DNA of 64,000 nucleotides, taken from contig JAWADY010000001.1 of NCBI GenBank assembly GCA_038891615.1, positions 32,001 through 96,000 of the forward strand. Reading direction: 5' to 3'. The notes beneath the pieces are model-generated. The model saw only the letters and a program-made list of their open reading frames with translations. It searched no databases and was not told the DNA's origin. The DNA is from Candidatus Woesearchaeota archaeon (GTDB taxonomy: Archaea > Nanobdellota > Nanobdellia > Woesearchaeales > ARS49). Position numbers and translations under genes: made by a program. Below, one piece after another: positions 18,315-28,103 of the stretch. The stretch's first letter is position 1, and each line of letters begins with the position of its first letter.

Positions 18315-19247
18315 ATGCCAAAAAGAATTCAAAGCCCAAGCTCCATTAATATTTACAAGGAATGCCCAAGAAAATATTATTATAGATATGTTATGGGGCT
18401 TCCAATGAGGCCGACTTTGCAACAAACTCGAGGCAAAATAGTTCACGCAGTCCTTTACAGATTCTTTGATGAGCTTCCAAAGCAACTCAACCATCCAGAC
18501 ATCTCTATCTCATGCGATGGAGCTACAGACGCAAATACAGAAATTTGCAATGATTTTTGGGAAAATGCAGATGAGTTGATTACAAAAACAATTCAAAATC
18601 TTTTGGCAGAGGAATGGTTCAAAGCTCGCAGTGAACTTGATAAGTTTGCACTCAACAGAGCAGAAGAGGCAGCTTATTTTGAAGAAAGTCTAGCAATGCT
18701 CCTCAATTGGGCTGGTTGGTTTAGAAAAAGACTTGAAGCACTGAGAGGACTTTCTTTTGCAGAAGCCTTTTTTAAGCTTACTCCGATTGCACGCGAGTGG
18801 GAATATATTTCTGTAGAACACTCTGTTCGTGGGATAATTGATGCAGTAGAACTTTCGGCTGATGGTGACGTGACAATAATTGATTACAAAACAACAGGCG
18901 AAGGAGAGGTGAATGATTATAAGATACAACTTGCAACCTATGCCCAGCTTTATACAGAATTTCATGGAAAAATGCCTGAAAAAGTTGGTGTGCACTTCTT
19001 AAAAGATGGCGTTTTCAAAGCAATCCCTGTCGATCCATCGCTACTTGCTTTTGCAAAATCAGAATTTGAGCAAATTCATATAAAAACTGCTTCAGACAAC
19101 ATAGAGGATTATCCGCAGGTGATTGGTTCTCATTGCAAGTGGTCAGGAGGAAAGTGCGATTTTTATGAGCTTTGCTTTCCAAATGGCAGGCAAGCGCCCA
19201 GAGCTAGAGCGCAAGGTCTGGACGTTGGTTCTGCGCAAAAATTATAA
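18315..19247 (+). CDS. PD-(D/E)xK RecB-family (Cas4/AddB-like) nuclease
   Basis: SPSSINIYKECPRKY, G.IVH, GIIDAV, IIDYKT, QLATY; C-terminal C-x6-C-x5-C. Confidence 0.88.
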   Translation: MPKRIQSPSSINIYKECPRKYYYRYVMGLPMRPTLQQTRGKIVHAVLYRFFDELPKQLNHPDISISCDGATDANTEICNDFWENADELITKTIQNLLAEEWFKARSELDKFALNRAEEAAYFEESLAMLLNWAGWFRKRLEALRGLSFAEAFFKLTPIAREWEYISVEHSVRGIIDAVELSADGDVTIIDYKTTGEGEVNDYKIQLATYAQLYTEFHGKMPEKVGVHFLKDGVFKAIPVDPSLLAFAKSEFEQIHIKTASDNIEDYPQVIGSHCKWSGGKCDFYELCFPNGRQAPRARAQGLDVGSAQKL

Positions 19248-19270
19248 ATCAGAAAAGCACCTCTCAAGCA

Positions 19271-19438
19271 ATGACAACATTTAATTGTCATACTTGCGGA
19301 TTTAAATCAACAAAAAAGGGTTTGTGTCCGAATTGCGGAAAGCCCTTGCATGCCACATGCCCTGTGTGTGGCTATGGCAAGGATTATTGCATCTGCACAG
19401 CTGACATTGCTTCAACAAAGGCGCATAAGCCTCGATGA
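19271..19438 (+). CDS. 55-aa double zinc-ribbon microprotein; not in the ORF track
   Basis: Manual translation MTTFNCHTCGFKSTKKGLCPNCGKPLHATCPVCGYGKDYCICTADIASTKAHKPR; three CxxC plus CxC; TTATAAA about 25 bp upstream. Confidence 0.75.
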   Translation: MTTFNCHTCGFKSTKKGLCPNCGKPLHATCPVCGYGKDYCICTADIASTKAHKPR

Positions 19439-19448
19439 GCTTAATTTT

Positions 19449-20366
19449 TTATTCTTCGCATCGCTCTCCCATCCTTGGAATCTTGTGCCCACCAAATTTG
19501 TGTCTTATGATTGCAACAACTTTTGATGCAAAGTTAGGCTTTTTTCTTGAACGATATCTTTGCCTAATTGCAAGTCTCACTGAAGGTAAGCTAATACCAA
19601 ACCTTTTTGCGCTATTGATAGCCCATTTGCCAGTCGTTCCTCCACAAACAATCCCTGATATTCGCGAGAGTTTTGGGTCCTCTTCTAGTGCTTCTTGTAG
19701 TAGATCAAGAAGCCAGGAGCGTATGACAGAACCATTTCGCCAAAGCTTTGTGACTTTTCGAAGGTCGATTTTTGGCCTTGAGACGGCTAGGAGTTGGTAT
19801 CCTTCGCCATACCCCTCGAGTAAACAGTACTCTATTGCGTTGTGTACCATCTTCACAAAATGACCAGTGCCCGGCCCTCCGAGATGAGCAAAGCCGTCTT
19901 TTGCTGAAAGGGCTTCAAGAACTGGCTTGATCCTCACAAAAGCCCTTTTTTCACATCCAACCCCAATAGAAGCTCCTTCTCTTGCACCTTTTATTCCTCC
20001 AGAAACCCCTGCGTCAACAAAGAAAACGCCTTTTTTTGCAAGGCTCTTTGCCCGCTTTATCGAGTCCTCGTAAAAAGAATTTCCACCATCAACTATCACA
20101 TCCCCTTGACTCAGGTGAGGTAAAAGAGCAGTTATCACAGAATCAACAGCCTTTCCAGCGGGTATCATCAACCAGATTATTCTTGGGGCTGGGACTTTTA
20201 TTGCCAGGTCAGCAAGACTTTTTGCAGCAATCGCTCCAACCTTTGATGCCTTTTTCCTTGAACTTTGCCTTCTGGCATACGCAACAACCGTCCAGCCCTT
20301 TTTAATAAGTCTTGCTGTCATGTTTAAACCCATTTTACCAAGACCTACAAAACCAATTGTTTTCAT
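19449..20366 (-). CDS. gnd: 6-phosphogluconate dehydrogenase, decarboxylating (short type)
   Basis: GFVGLGKMG, VDGGNS, DAGVSGG, GHFVKMVHNAIEY, GSVIRSWLL, FGGH. Confidence 0.93.
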   Translation of the reverse strand: MKTIGFVGLGKMGLNMTARLIKKGWTVVAYARRQSSRKKASKVGAIAAKSLADLAIKVPAPRIIWLMIPAGKAVDSVITALLPHLSQGDVIVDGGNSFYEDSIKRAKSLAKKGVFFVDAGVSGGIKGAREGASIGVGCEKRAFVRIKPVLEALSAKDGFAHLGGPGTGHFVKMVHNAIEYCLLEGYGEGYQLLAVSRPKIDLRKVTKLWRNGSVIRSWLLDLLQEALEEDPKLSRISGIVCGGTTGKWAINSAKRFGISLPSVRLAIRQRYRSRKKPNFASKVVAIIRHKFGGHKIPRMGERCEE

Positions 20367-20395
20367 TCTTTCTTCACCTTAGTTAGGCAATTTGC

Positions 20396-21835
20396 TTACT
20401 TCACAACCAAATGCCAGCTCCTTCCATCTTTTCTTATCAACTCATCAGCTTCTTTTGGATAGCTTCCAGGATTATAAATGCTGATTTTAGGCTTTTTTGC
20501 TATGAGGTCATCAATTATTTTCCATGAAAGTTCTATCTCGTCATCCCTCAAGAAAACAGACTGGTCACCTGCTACAACATCCGCAATAAGATTTTCATAA
20601 GCCTCAGGAGTGTTTGGTCCAAAGATGCACGGATGACAAAACTCAAGCTTTATTGGAGTTATGTCCATCTTTCCAGGAACCTTTGCATTAAGCCTTATGT
20701 AAAAGCCTTCTTCAGGTTGTATTTGTATGACAAGATAATTTGGCACAAAAAGACATATCCCTTCAAACAAAAGACACGGCGCCTGTTTGAATTGGATGTA
20801 TATTGAAGTTATCTTCTCTTTCATCTTCTTTCCTGTTATAAAATAGAATGGAAGGCCTGACCAACGCCAACTATCAACAAAAAGCTTTGCTGCTACAAAT
20901 GTTTCTGTTTTCGAATTCTTTTTCACACCTTTCTCACGAGTGTAACCGCGGTACTGTCCTAGCACCACATCTTTAGGATTAATTTTTCTTATCGCCTTTA
21001 GAATCTTCATTTTCTCGTCACGAATGCTATCTGCAGTCAATCTGTACGGAGACTCCATTGCAGTAAGACACAACAGTTGCAACATGTGATTTTGAACAAC
21101 ATCCTTTAGCGCACCATACCTGTCATAGTACGCACCGCGACCTTCTATCCCGAAGTCTTCACTCAAGATAATCTGAATGTGGTCTATGTTTTCTTTGTTC
21201 CAGAGAGGTTCGAGTATTTGATTGGTAAACCTAAGAACAGAAATGTTTTGAACAAGCTCTTTCCCAAGGTAATGGTCTATTCGGTAGATCTGGCTCTCGT
21301 CAAAGACCTTTCTGATTGTCTTATTTATGTGCTTTGCCGAAGCAAGGTCACTGCCAAATGGTTTTTCAAAAACAACCCTTCGCCATCCATTTCCAGCTTT
21401 CTGCGCTGCAAGCCCTTGCTTGTGCAATTGTTCTATAATTACCTCAAAGTGCTCAGGCATGGTTGCAAGGTGAAAGATTCTGTTTCCACTAAGTTTGTGT
21501 TTTTGTTCAATGGCTCTGATAAAAGCTCCAAACTCAGCCCAACGCTGGCTCTCATAAAAGTCTGCCCTGAAATAATAACTTATTTTTTTAAGCGTCTTCC
21601 AGTTCTTTTTCTCAAGGTTCTTTATATACGGCCTGGAAGCTTCAAGCCATTTATCTGTGCTTAAAGGTCTGCGCCCAACCCCTATAAGCGCAAAATCTCC
21701 GACCCTTTTGTTCACAAATAGTCTATAAATGGCAGGGACAAGCTTTTTCTTTGCTAAGTCGCCTGTGGCTCCAAGAATGACTATAAGAAAAGGTTCTCTT
21801 CCTTTTAGTTCATTTCCAGTTTTTTTCTCAACCAT
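20396..21835 (-). CDS. zwf: glucose-6-phosphate 1-dehydrogenase (bacterial/eukaryotic type)
   Basis: GATGDLA, EKPFG, YRIDHYLGKE, DVVQNH motifs. Confidence 0.96.
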   Translation of the reverse strand: MVEKKTGNELKGREPFLIVILGATGDLAKKKLVPAIYRLFVNKRVGDFALIGVGRRPLSTDKWLEASRPYIKNLEKKNWKTLKKISYYFRADFYESQRWAEFGAFIRAIEQKHKLSGNRIFHLATMPEHFEVIIEQLHKQGLAAQKAGNGWRRVVFEKPFGSDLASAKHINKTIRKVFDESQIYRIDHYLGKELVQNISVLRFTNQILEPLWNKENIDHIQIILSEDFGIEGRGAYYDRYGALKDVVQNHMLQLLCLTAMESPYRLTADSIRDEKMKILKAIRKINPKDVVLGQYRGYTREKGVKKNSKTETFVAAKLFVDSWRWSGLPFYFITGKKMKEKITSIYIQFKQAPCLLFEGICLFVPNYLVIQIQPEEGFYIRLNAKVPGKMDITPIKLEFCHPCIFGPNTPEAYENLIADVVAGDQSVFLRDDEIELSWKIIDDLIAKKPKISIYNPGSYPKEADELIRKDGRSWHLVVK

Positions 21836-21838
21836 CTT

Positions 21839-23188
21839 TTAATAGCCGTTGCCTTTTTCAAACCTTTTAGCAAGCAATACTCTTGTCTCAGCCTTATATT
21901 TCTCAACAGCAGGTTGGTCAAATGGGTTTACATTAAGCAGGCTTCCAATAAGAACAGTTTCAATCATTTTCAACATAATAAACTGACCTATGCTTTTTGT
22001 TGATAAGTCTGGAAGAGTTATCTCTGCAAATGGTCTTTTGTTTTTTTTATATGCGGCTTGAACCCCATCAAGAATTGTATTCCTCAATTCATCAATCCTT
22101 TTTCCTTGAATTTTTGGAACAATCCTTTCATACTCCTCAATGACTGGCAGCCTTGGACTTTCCTTGTTTTCGATAACTCTTACAAAAGTAGTCCATTTAT
22201 CGAAAGGTCCTGCAAGATATAGAGGAGCCATTGAGTGCATGTCATTGCTTCCGATAGAAACAGTTGGAGTTATCCCTTCAAACACCCTTTTACCATTCAA
22301 ATCGAATTCTTTTGCAAGACCTTCCCCTACCAATTGCCTCCACCATTTTCCAATCCCTTCCAGATTAGGACTCCACAGGAAAAGGTCATGAATGGGTTTG
22401 CCTTTTTTGTAATGAATGTAGGCAAGTGAAGCACCAATAACAGCTGGATTGCTCATAATGTTTTGGTCTTGCTTTAAGCAATACTTTGCCATTTCTGCTG
22501 CACCATCAACAAGGCTTTTTATGTCGGTCCTTAAAAGTGCCAGCGGAAACAGTCCAACCGCAGAAAGCACAGAATATCTTCCTCCTACTTTTTTTGGAAT
22601 CTCTAACAATGACCATCCATTTCGAATAGCAAGCCTCCAGAGCTTTGAATCCCTATCTGTTGTTGCAATAATATTACTCTGGTACTTCTTTGGGCTATGT
22701 TTTTTTAGCAGCCACTCCAGTAGTTCAAAATTTGCAATTGTTTCGGTTGTTGTTCCTGATTTGCTAACAATATTTATAAGAACTTTCTGCCCTTTTTTTA
22801 ATAGGCCATTTATAAGATGTAAGATTGTGGCAATGCTTAGAGGATCAAGAGTGTCCACATAAAAGACCTTTGTACCTTTTCCTGACTCATTGTAAAGCTT
22901 TCCAAGCACTGCCTCTTGTACCGCAAGTGTACCTAATATGCTTCCGCCAATCCCAACAACAAAAATGGCAGCTGGTTTGAGCTTAAGCTTTTCCTTTGCA
23001 AGAGCCGTTGTGGCTTTGATATTCTCATGGTCAAATGGCAAATTTATAAAGCTCCTCTCATTCGAATAATCGCCATTCTTTCTAACTTCTCTAAACAGCT
23101 CTAGCTCTGACTCTAACTTTTTTGTGACTTTTACAAGTTCTTGCTTTGGTACATTGCTGTTTTCATACCGCAGCTTTAAGGTTATCAT
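21839..23188 (-). CDS. pgi: glucose-6-phosphate isomerase
   Basis: GIGGS.LG, SKSGTTTET, VGGRYSVLS, NPFDQPAVE.YK. Confidence 0.93.
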   Translation of the reverse strand: MITLKLRYENSNVPKQELVKVTKKLESELELFREVRKNGDYSNERSFINLPFDHENIKATTALAKEKLKLKPAAIFVVGIGGSILGTLAVQEAVLGKLYNESGKGTKVFYVDTLDPLSIATILHLINGLLKKGQKVLINIVSKSGTTTETIANFELLEWLLKKHSPKKYQSNIIATTDRDSKLWRLAIRNGWSLLEIPKKVGGRYSVLSAVGLFPLALLRTDIKSLVDGAAEMAKYCLKQDQNIMSNPAVIGASLAYIHYKKGKPIHDLFLWSPNLEGIGKWWRQLVGEGLAKEFDLNGKRVFEGITPTVSIGSNDMHSMAPLYLAGPFDKWTTFVRVIENKESPRLPVIEEYERIVPKIQGKRIDELRNTILDGVQAAYKKNKRPFAEITLPDLSTKSIGQFIMLKMIETVLIGSLLNVNPFDQPAVEKYKAETRVLLAKRFEKGNGY

Positions 23189-23192
23189 TTGC

Positions 23193-24029
23193 TCATTGCT
23201 TGCGAACTTTTCTTTTCAACCCAAGCACCGCATATTCAGGAACAACATCGGCAGTAAACCTTCTCATCCCTTCTTCAGTCTTAGGGTGCTGTAGACATCC
23301 TTTTATGACATCAAATGGGCAAGTTGCAATATCTGCTCCAACAAGAGCTGCCTCACGTACCTGCCTTGGGTTTCTCATTGAGGCTGCAAGCACTTGCGCA
23401 TTAAAGCCATACTTTTTCTTTATCTCAACAGTCTGTCGCACGAGTTCTATCCCTGATATTATTCCATTGTCCTCAAGGATTGTATTATCCTTGCGCCAAC
23501 CATAGGCTGGGAAATAATCTCCTTTTTGAAATTGGATGTTATTTAGTTCCCTAATTCTATCATCAACCCTGCCTGCAAAAAGGCTCACAATCTTTGCACC
23601 AGCCTTGGCAGCCAACAGTGCCTGTTCTGGAGTGTGAATAAGGGTACAGTTAACAGGGATTCCAGCTGCTGTTAAGGTCCTTATTGCCTTCAAACCATCT
23701 GTGCTTGGCTCATCACTAAAAGAAGGATTCACTGGAATTTTTATGTAAACATTCCTTGCAACCGGATTAAAGATTCTGTAAAGTCTTTTGCCTTCTTCCA
23801 CCATTTTTTCATAGGCAAAAGATGAAACCTCAAGGCTTACAGGAGTTCCTTTTGCTACGCGCAGAATCTCTTTGATATAGCTCAAAAGTTCAACCCTTTT
23901 GCCTTTTGCTTTCAGCTCATCAACCGCCTTTTTTAGAAGCGAAGGATTTGTTGTCACACCATCAACAATTCTTGCAGAATAACAGTATGCTATTTCATCT
24001 AGCTTTGCAGAGTCGAGGAATATTTTCAC
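23193..24029 (-). CDS. tal: transaldolase (TalC/FSA-like family)
   Basis: IFLDSA, GVTTNPSL, YIKIP, VNCTL, AASMR; SD GAGGTGA upstream. Confidence 0.9.
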   Translation of the reverse strand: MKIFLDSAKLDEIAYCYSARIVDGVTTNPSLLKKAVDELKAKGKRVELLSYIKEILRVAKGTPVSLEVSSFAYEKMVEEGKRLYRIFNPVARNVYIKIPVNPSFSDEPSTDGLKAIRTLTAAGIPVNCTLIHTPEQALLAAKAGAKIVSLFAGRVDDRIRELNNIQFQKGDYFPAYGWRKDNTILEDNGIISGIELVRQTVEIKKKYGFNAQVLAASMRNPRQVREAALVGADIATCPFDVIKGCLQHPKTEEGMRRFTADVVPEYAVLGLKRKVRKQ

Positions 24030-24336
24030 CTTTTCACCTCTTTTTCATCTCCTTTTGGCATAACTCCAATGGAAGCTAACAAACTCTGAATACAATCATA
24101 AAATATTATATAAAGTTATCTTGTTTGTTAAATAACTTTTCAAAATTAAGCCACGGCTAAAATTAATGCTATCAAAATCTAGAAGGGTCATAATAAGCTA
24201 ATCATGTTTTGATTGCTTGCACATGCAACTAAAACAATAACAAAATTAATTGATATAGTGTTGATGCTTTGTTTAAAGTTTATGAAGAGGCGATACACCT
24301 CTGCGAAGCGCTAAAAAATCAAAATTTTATATGATT

Positions 24337-26136
24337 TCACACAAGCCTTTCGACAGCATTTGCAATCGCCGTAGCATCAATTCCATATGCCGACATTAGT
24401 TCTTCTGGCTTTCCTGAGCGAGGAACTTCCCTTATGCAAAGACTAACTACCTTGCCAACAATCTCCGCAACAACCGATGCAATGCCGTTGGGATAATGGT
24501 CCTCTACGACAACCACTTTGTGCTCGCAAGCAGCTGCATTCTCAAGCAGTCCCTGGGCATTTACAGGCCGTAGTGAATACAAGTCTATGACGCGTACGTT
24601 TATTCCTTTTTTCTTAAGCATAGAATAAGCCTTTAGTGCTTCATGAACTGTAATTCCTGCAGCAACCACTAGTGCTTTGTCGTCGGGATCTGAACGAAGG
24701 AGCTTATAACCTCCAAGGGGAAAGGTTTCATCATTTTCATAAATAACTGGGGTTTTTTCGCGAGTTGTTCTAATGTATGATATTCCTTTATGCTTCGCAA
24801 CCTCGTTCACTAACTTCTCTGTTGAAACAGCATCGCAAGGATACACCACTGCAGAATCTGGCATTGCAAGGAACATTGAAAGGTCCTCGAGCCCCATTTG
24901 CGATGGCCCATCCTGTCCAATGCTAACTCCTGCATGCGAACCACAGAATTTTATGTTTGCCCTTGAATATTGCGCCATTCTTATGAAATCATGAGCTCTT
25001 GAAAGAAAACAGGAAAAGGTCGCCACAAACGGAATAAATCCTTGAGTTTGCAAGCCAACCGCTGCCCCAACCATGTTCTGCTCAGCAATAAAAAATTCAA
25101 ATGCCCGTTTTGGAAAGCGTTCAAAGAAATATTCTGTTCTCGTAGAATTCTTCACATCTCCATCAAGCACAACAACAGCTTGGTTTTTCTCGCCAAGCTT
25201 AACAAGTGCCCTTCCATAAGCCTCACGGGTTGCAACCATTTCGCCAAGCGCATACCGTGTTGGCTGAAATGGTCTTATCTTGACCTTTTGTCGTGGAAGG
25301 CTTTTGTTTATTTTTGAAGAAAGGCTGAATTTCTCGCTAATCGATGGAAGCTCTTTTAGAGCCTTCTCAAACTCTTCAACAGTCAATGCTTTTCCATGCC
25401 AACCATTTTTGTCCTCAAGAAAAGAAACTCCCTTTCCTTTTATTGTTTTTGCGATGATGACAAAAGGTTTTCTACTACGCCTGGATTGCTTTAGTGCTGA
25501 AATAATCTGTTTCACATTATGACCATCAATTGTTCGTGCCTCCCAACCAAAGGCTGAAAACTTTCTTGCATAAATTTCAAGGTCGTGGCCATGCTTTGTT
25601 TCTTGCGATTGCCCCAGTCTGTTAACATCAATAATCGCACAAAGATTGTTTAGCTTATAATACGTAGCAAGGTTTGCTGCTTCCCATATAGCACCTTCTG
25701 CACACTCTCCATCTCCGAGTAGGACAAAAACATTCCCCTTTTTCTTCAAAAGTCTTTTGCCTAGAGCCATGCCGAGCCCAGCAGAAAGGCCCTGGCCAAG
25801 GCTTCCAGTAGCAACCTTTACATACGGCATGAGCGAAGTTGGATGACCCTCAAGTGGGCTTGTGAATTTTCTAAGGTTCAAAAGCTCAGAAGGTGGGAAA
25901 AGGCCTGCTTCTGCATAGCACGCCCAAAGAATTGGTGCCGCATGACCCTTAGAAAGCACAAACTCGTCTTCCTTTTCAAGTTCTGAAAAGAAAAGGCAAC
26001 TCATTAGCTCTGCAGCTGACAAGCAGGATGTGGGGTGACCTGAACCTGCGGTGGTTGTTGACTTCAAAGAATGAATCCTTAACTTGTTCGCCATCACCTC
26101 AAGGGCTTTTATCTTGTTTGTCTTTGTCATGCTCAT
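24337..26136 (-). CDS. tkt: transketolase (single chain)
   Basis: GSGHPTSC, SKGHAAP, GSLGQG, GDGE, GWHGK, IAEQNM, GQDGPSQM. Confidence 0.94.
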   Translation of the reverse strand: MSMTKTNKIKALEVMANKLRIHSLKSTTTAGSGHPTSCLSAAELMSCLFFSELEKEDEFVLSKGHAAPILWACYAEAGLFPPSELLNLRKFTSPLEGHPTSLMPYVKVATGSLGQGLSAGLGMALGKRLLKKKGNVFVLLGDGECAEGAIWEAANLATYYKLNNLCAIIDVNRLGQSQETKHGHDLEIYARKFSAFGWEARTIDGHNVKQIISALKQSRRSRKPFVIIAKTIKGKGVSFLEDKNGWHGKALTVEEFEKALKELPSISEKFSLSSKINKSLPRQKVKIRPFQPTRYALGEMVATREAYGRALVKLGEKNQAVVVLDGDVKNSTRTEYFFERFPKRAFEFFIAEQNMVGAAVGLQTQGFIPFVATFSCFLSRAHDFIRMAQYSRANIKFCGSHAGVSIGQDGPSQMGLEDLSMFLAMPDSAVVYPCDAVSTEKLVNEVAKHKGISYIRTTREKTPVIYENDETFPLGGYKLLRSDPDDKALVVAAGITVHEALKAYSMLKKKGINVRVIDLYSLRPVNAQGLLENAAACEHKVVVVEDHYPNGIASVVAEIVGKVVSLCIREVPRSGKPEELMSAYGIDATAIANAVERLV

Positions 26137-26138
26137 TT

Positions 26139-26783
26139 TTATTCAAGCGATGCTTGAAGCACTTCAACTGCTTGCTTCACATCTTCTGCTTGGACAAGAT
26201 AGGAACCTACAACAAATCTGTTTGCACCTGCCCTACTCACAAGCCCTATTGTTTGAGGGTTTATCCCGCCATCAGCCTCAATATCTAGCCCTGGCTTTAG
26301 CTTTCTTATATCTCTTATCTTATGAACAGTATCAGGCTCAAAAGGGTTTCCATAATCTCCAGGCGTGACTGTCATTATCAGTGCCTGGTCGATGATATCA
26401 AGAAGCCCTTTTATTTTTCCAACAGGAGTTGGAGGATTTATTGCTATCCCTGCCTTTAGATTTTTCGATTTTATTAGCCCAATAATCTCTGCTGCTTCTT
26501 TTTGATTTTTTGTTGCCTCTGCATGGAAAATTATTGCATCAACCTTCTTCCACAGCCTTTCAACCATTGCAGCAGGCTCTGTAACCATCAGATGCGCCTC
26601 AAATCTACATCCTTTTTTTGGAAGTTTGAAGTCAAAGTTCAGAGAGCGATTGCCAACAAACTTCCCGTCCATGATGTCCAGATGCAACCATTCTGCCCCT
26701 TTGCTTAGCTTTTCAACCAGCACATCTAGCTGCTCCTGCCTTTCTGCAATAACAGAAGGAATTATTACCTTTACTTTTTCCAT
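26139..26783 (-). CDS. rpe: ribulose-phosphate 3-epimerase
   Basis: HLDIMDGKFV, EAHLM, FHAE, MTVTPG, IEADGGI. Confidence 0.93.
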   Translation of the reverse strand: MEKVKVIIPSVIAERQEQLDVLVEKLSKGAEWLHLDIMDGKFVGNRSLNFDFKLPKKGCRFEAHLMVTEPAAMVERLWKKVDAIIFHAEATKNQKEAAEIIGLIKSKNLKAGIAINPPTPVGKIKGLLDIIDQALIMTVTPGDYGNPFEPDTVHKIRDIRKLKPGLDIEADGGINPQTIGLVSRAGANRFVVGSYLVQAEDVKQAVEVLQASLE

Positions 26784-27271
26784 TTTCCAACTTTTTCTTT
26801 TTCTTCGATTTCACTTATTTTTTTAAGTCTTCTCACATGTCTGGGCTCTTCAGAAAAAGGGGTTGAAAGCCACGCAGACACAATCCTTTTTGCTTTTGCC
26901 AATTTGATCCCTAGTCCGCGAACCTTTTTCAGCAGCCCTCCCCCAGCCAAGCAGAGTATGTTAGCGTCATTGTGCTTCCTCGTAAGCTTTGCTGCTACAA
27001 CGCTTGGTGGTGCAACAGCCCTTACACCATTTACCTTGTTTGCAGCAATGCAAATTCCTTCTGCAGAGCCGCATACTAGAATTCCAAAACTCCCTGGTGT
27101 TTTTGCAACAGCCTTTGCGACCTTGTAGGCAAAATCAGGGTAATCATCGTTTGGCTCATAGCGGGTGTTGCCAAGGTCAAAAACTTGATATTTTTTCATT
27201 GTTCCAAGCCACCCTTTTAGCTTTTCCTTCAATTCAAATCCGGCATGGTCTGCACCAAGAAAAATTTTCAT
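26771..27271 (-). CDS. rpiB: ribose-5-phosphate isomerase B
   Basis: MKIFLGADHAG, DDYPD, CGS..G..IAANK..GVRA, HNDANIL, RHVRR. Confidence 0.93.
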   Translation of the reverse strand: MKIFLGADHAGFELKEKLKGWLGTMKKYQVFDLGNTRYEPNDDYPDFAYKVAKAVAKTPGSFGILVCGSAEGICIAANKVNGVRAVAPPSVVAAKLTRKHNDANILCLAGGGLLKKVRGLGIKLAKAKRIVSAWLSTPFSEEPRHVRRLKKISEIEEKEKVGKWKK

Positions 27272-27467
27272 ATCAAGCCCTCTTTTTTGACCAAACAACG
27301 CCAAGAGCTTATAAATTTTCTTATAGCTTTTTCATTTTTAGATTTTTCTATTCTTCTTAGCCAAGCAATTGCAGAAGGCGTTGGTAAAATGTAGGTATAT
27401 TTCAAGGAGCTTTTAGTGCAATCCAATCAAAAGTTTTATAAACATCCCTATCACGAATTCTTAAACA

Positions 27468-27698
27468 ATGGTTGAAACAACCTCAAGACCGCTTGATGCA
27501 TTGAACAAGGCGCGTGGCAAAAAAGTCATCATAGAACTAAAAAACGGAAGACAATATGTAGGCAATCTTAGCGCATTTGATATGCACATCAACACTGTCC
27601 TTGAAGATGTTGAAGAAAGGGTTGATGGCGAGCTTCGGAGAAAGCTTGGGGTTGTTTTTCTAAGGGGTGATGCAATAATAATGATATCGCCAGCATAG
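27468..27698 (+). CDS. Sm-like archaeal protein (SmAP/Lsm)
   Basis: RPLDAL, G.L.AFD.HIN.VL, LRGD; adjacent to L37e as is usual in archaea. Confidence 0.93.
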   Translation: MVETTSRPLDALNKARGKKVIIELKNGRQYVGNLSAFDMHINTVLEDVEERVDGELRRKLGVVFLRGDAIIMISPA

Positions 27699-27761
27699 AA
27701 CGCCAAGCCAACAACCCATGCTGGCACAATTCGTTGTTTGACATTTTTGTAGAGAAACATC

Positions 27762-27926
27762 ATGGTAAAAGGAACACCTTCAAAGGGAAAAAGATCAAAA
27801 GGAACAGTTCACATAACATGTAGGCGCTGTGGTAGGCATTCCTATCACAAAAAGAAAAGCATATGCAGTCATTGTGGTTATGGTAAAAGCCCAAGACTAA
27901 GGAGTTACTCTTGGCAGACTTTTTGA
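27762..27926 (+). CDS. rpl37e: 50S ribosomal protein L37e; not in the ORF track
   Basis: Manual translation [54 protein letters not shown]. Confidence 0.95.
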   Translation: MVKGTPSKGKRSKGTVHITCRRCGRHSYHKKKSICSHCGYGKSPRLRSYSWQTF

Positions 27927-28103
27927 GTTCTTTGGAGTGCCTTAATAAGTGTTCTGCCGCCCAAAGGCCAGCTACTACGAGCTCAGGCGTGAGCAACAAA
28001 TGGTTTTTTGGATTTATGTTGAATTGGTGAAAAACTAAAAAGAACAAAGGCTCTGAAGCGCAACTATTATATAATATATAGCCGTGCCATCTTATATTTC
28101 CTT

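Noticed and set aside
18315-19247. CRISPR-associated cas4
   Set aside because: No cas1, cas2 or array in the window; treated as a solo RecB-family nuclease.
24030-24336. Missing pgl gene or ncRNA in the tkt-tal gap
   Set aside because: No credible ORF or stable structure; AT-rich with a TATA-like element and SD, consistent with an internal promoter.
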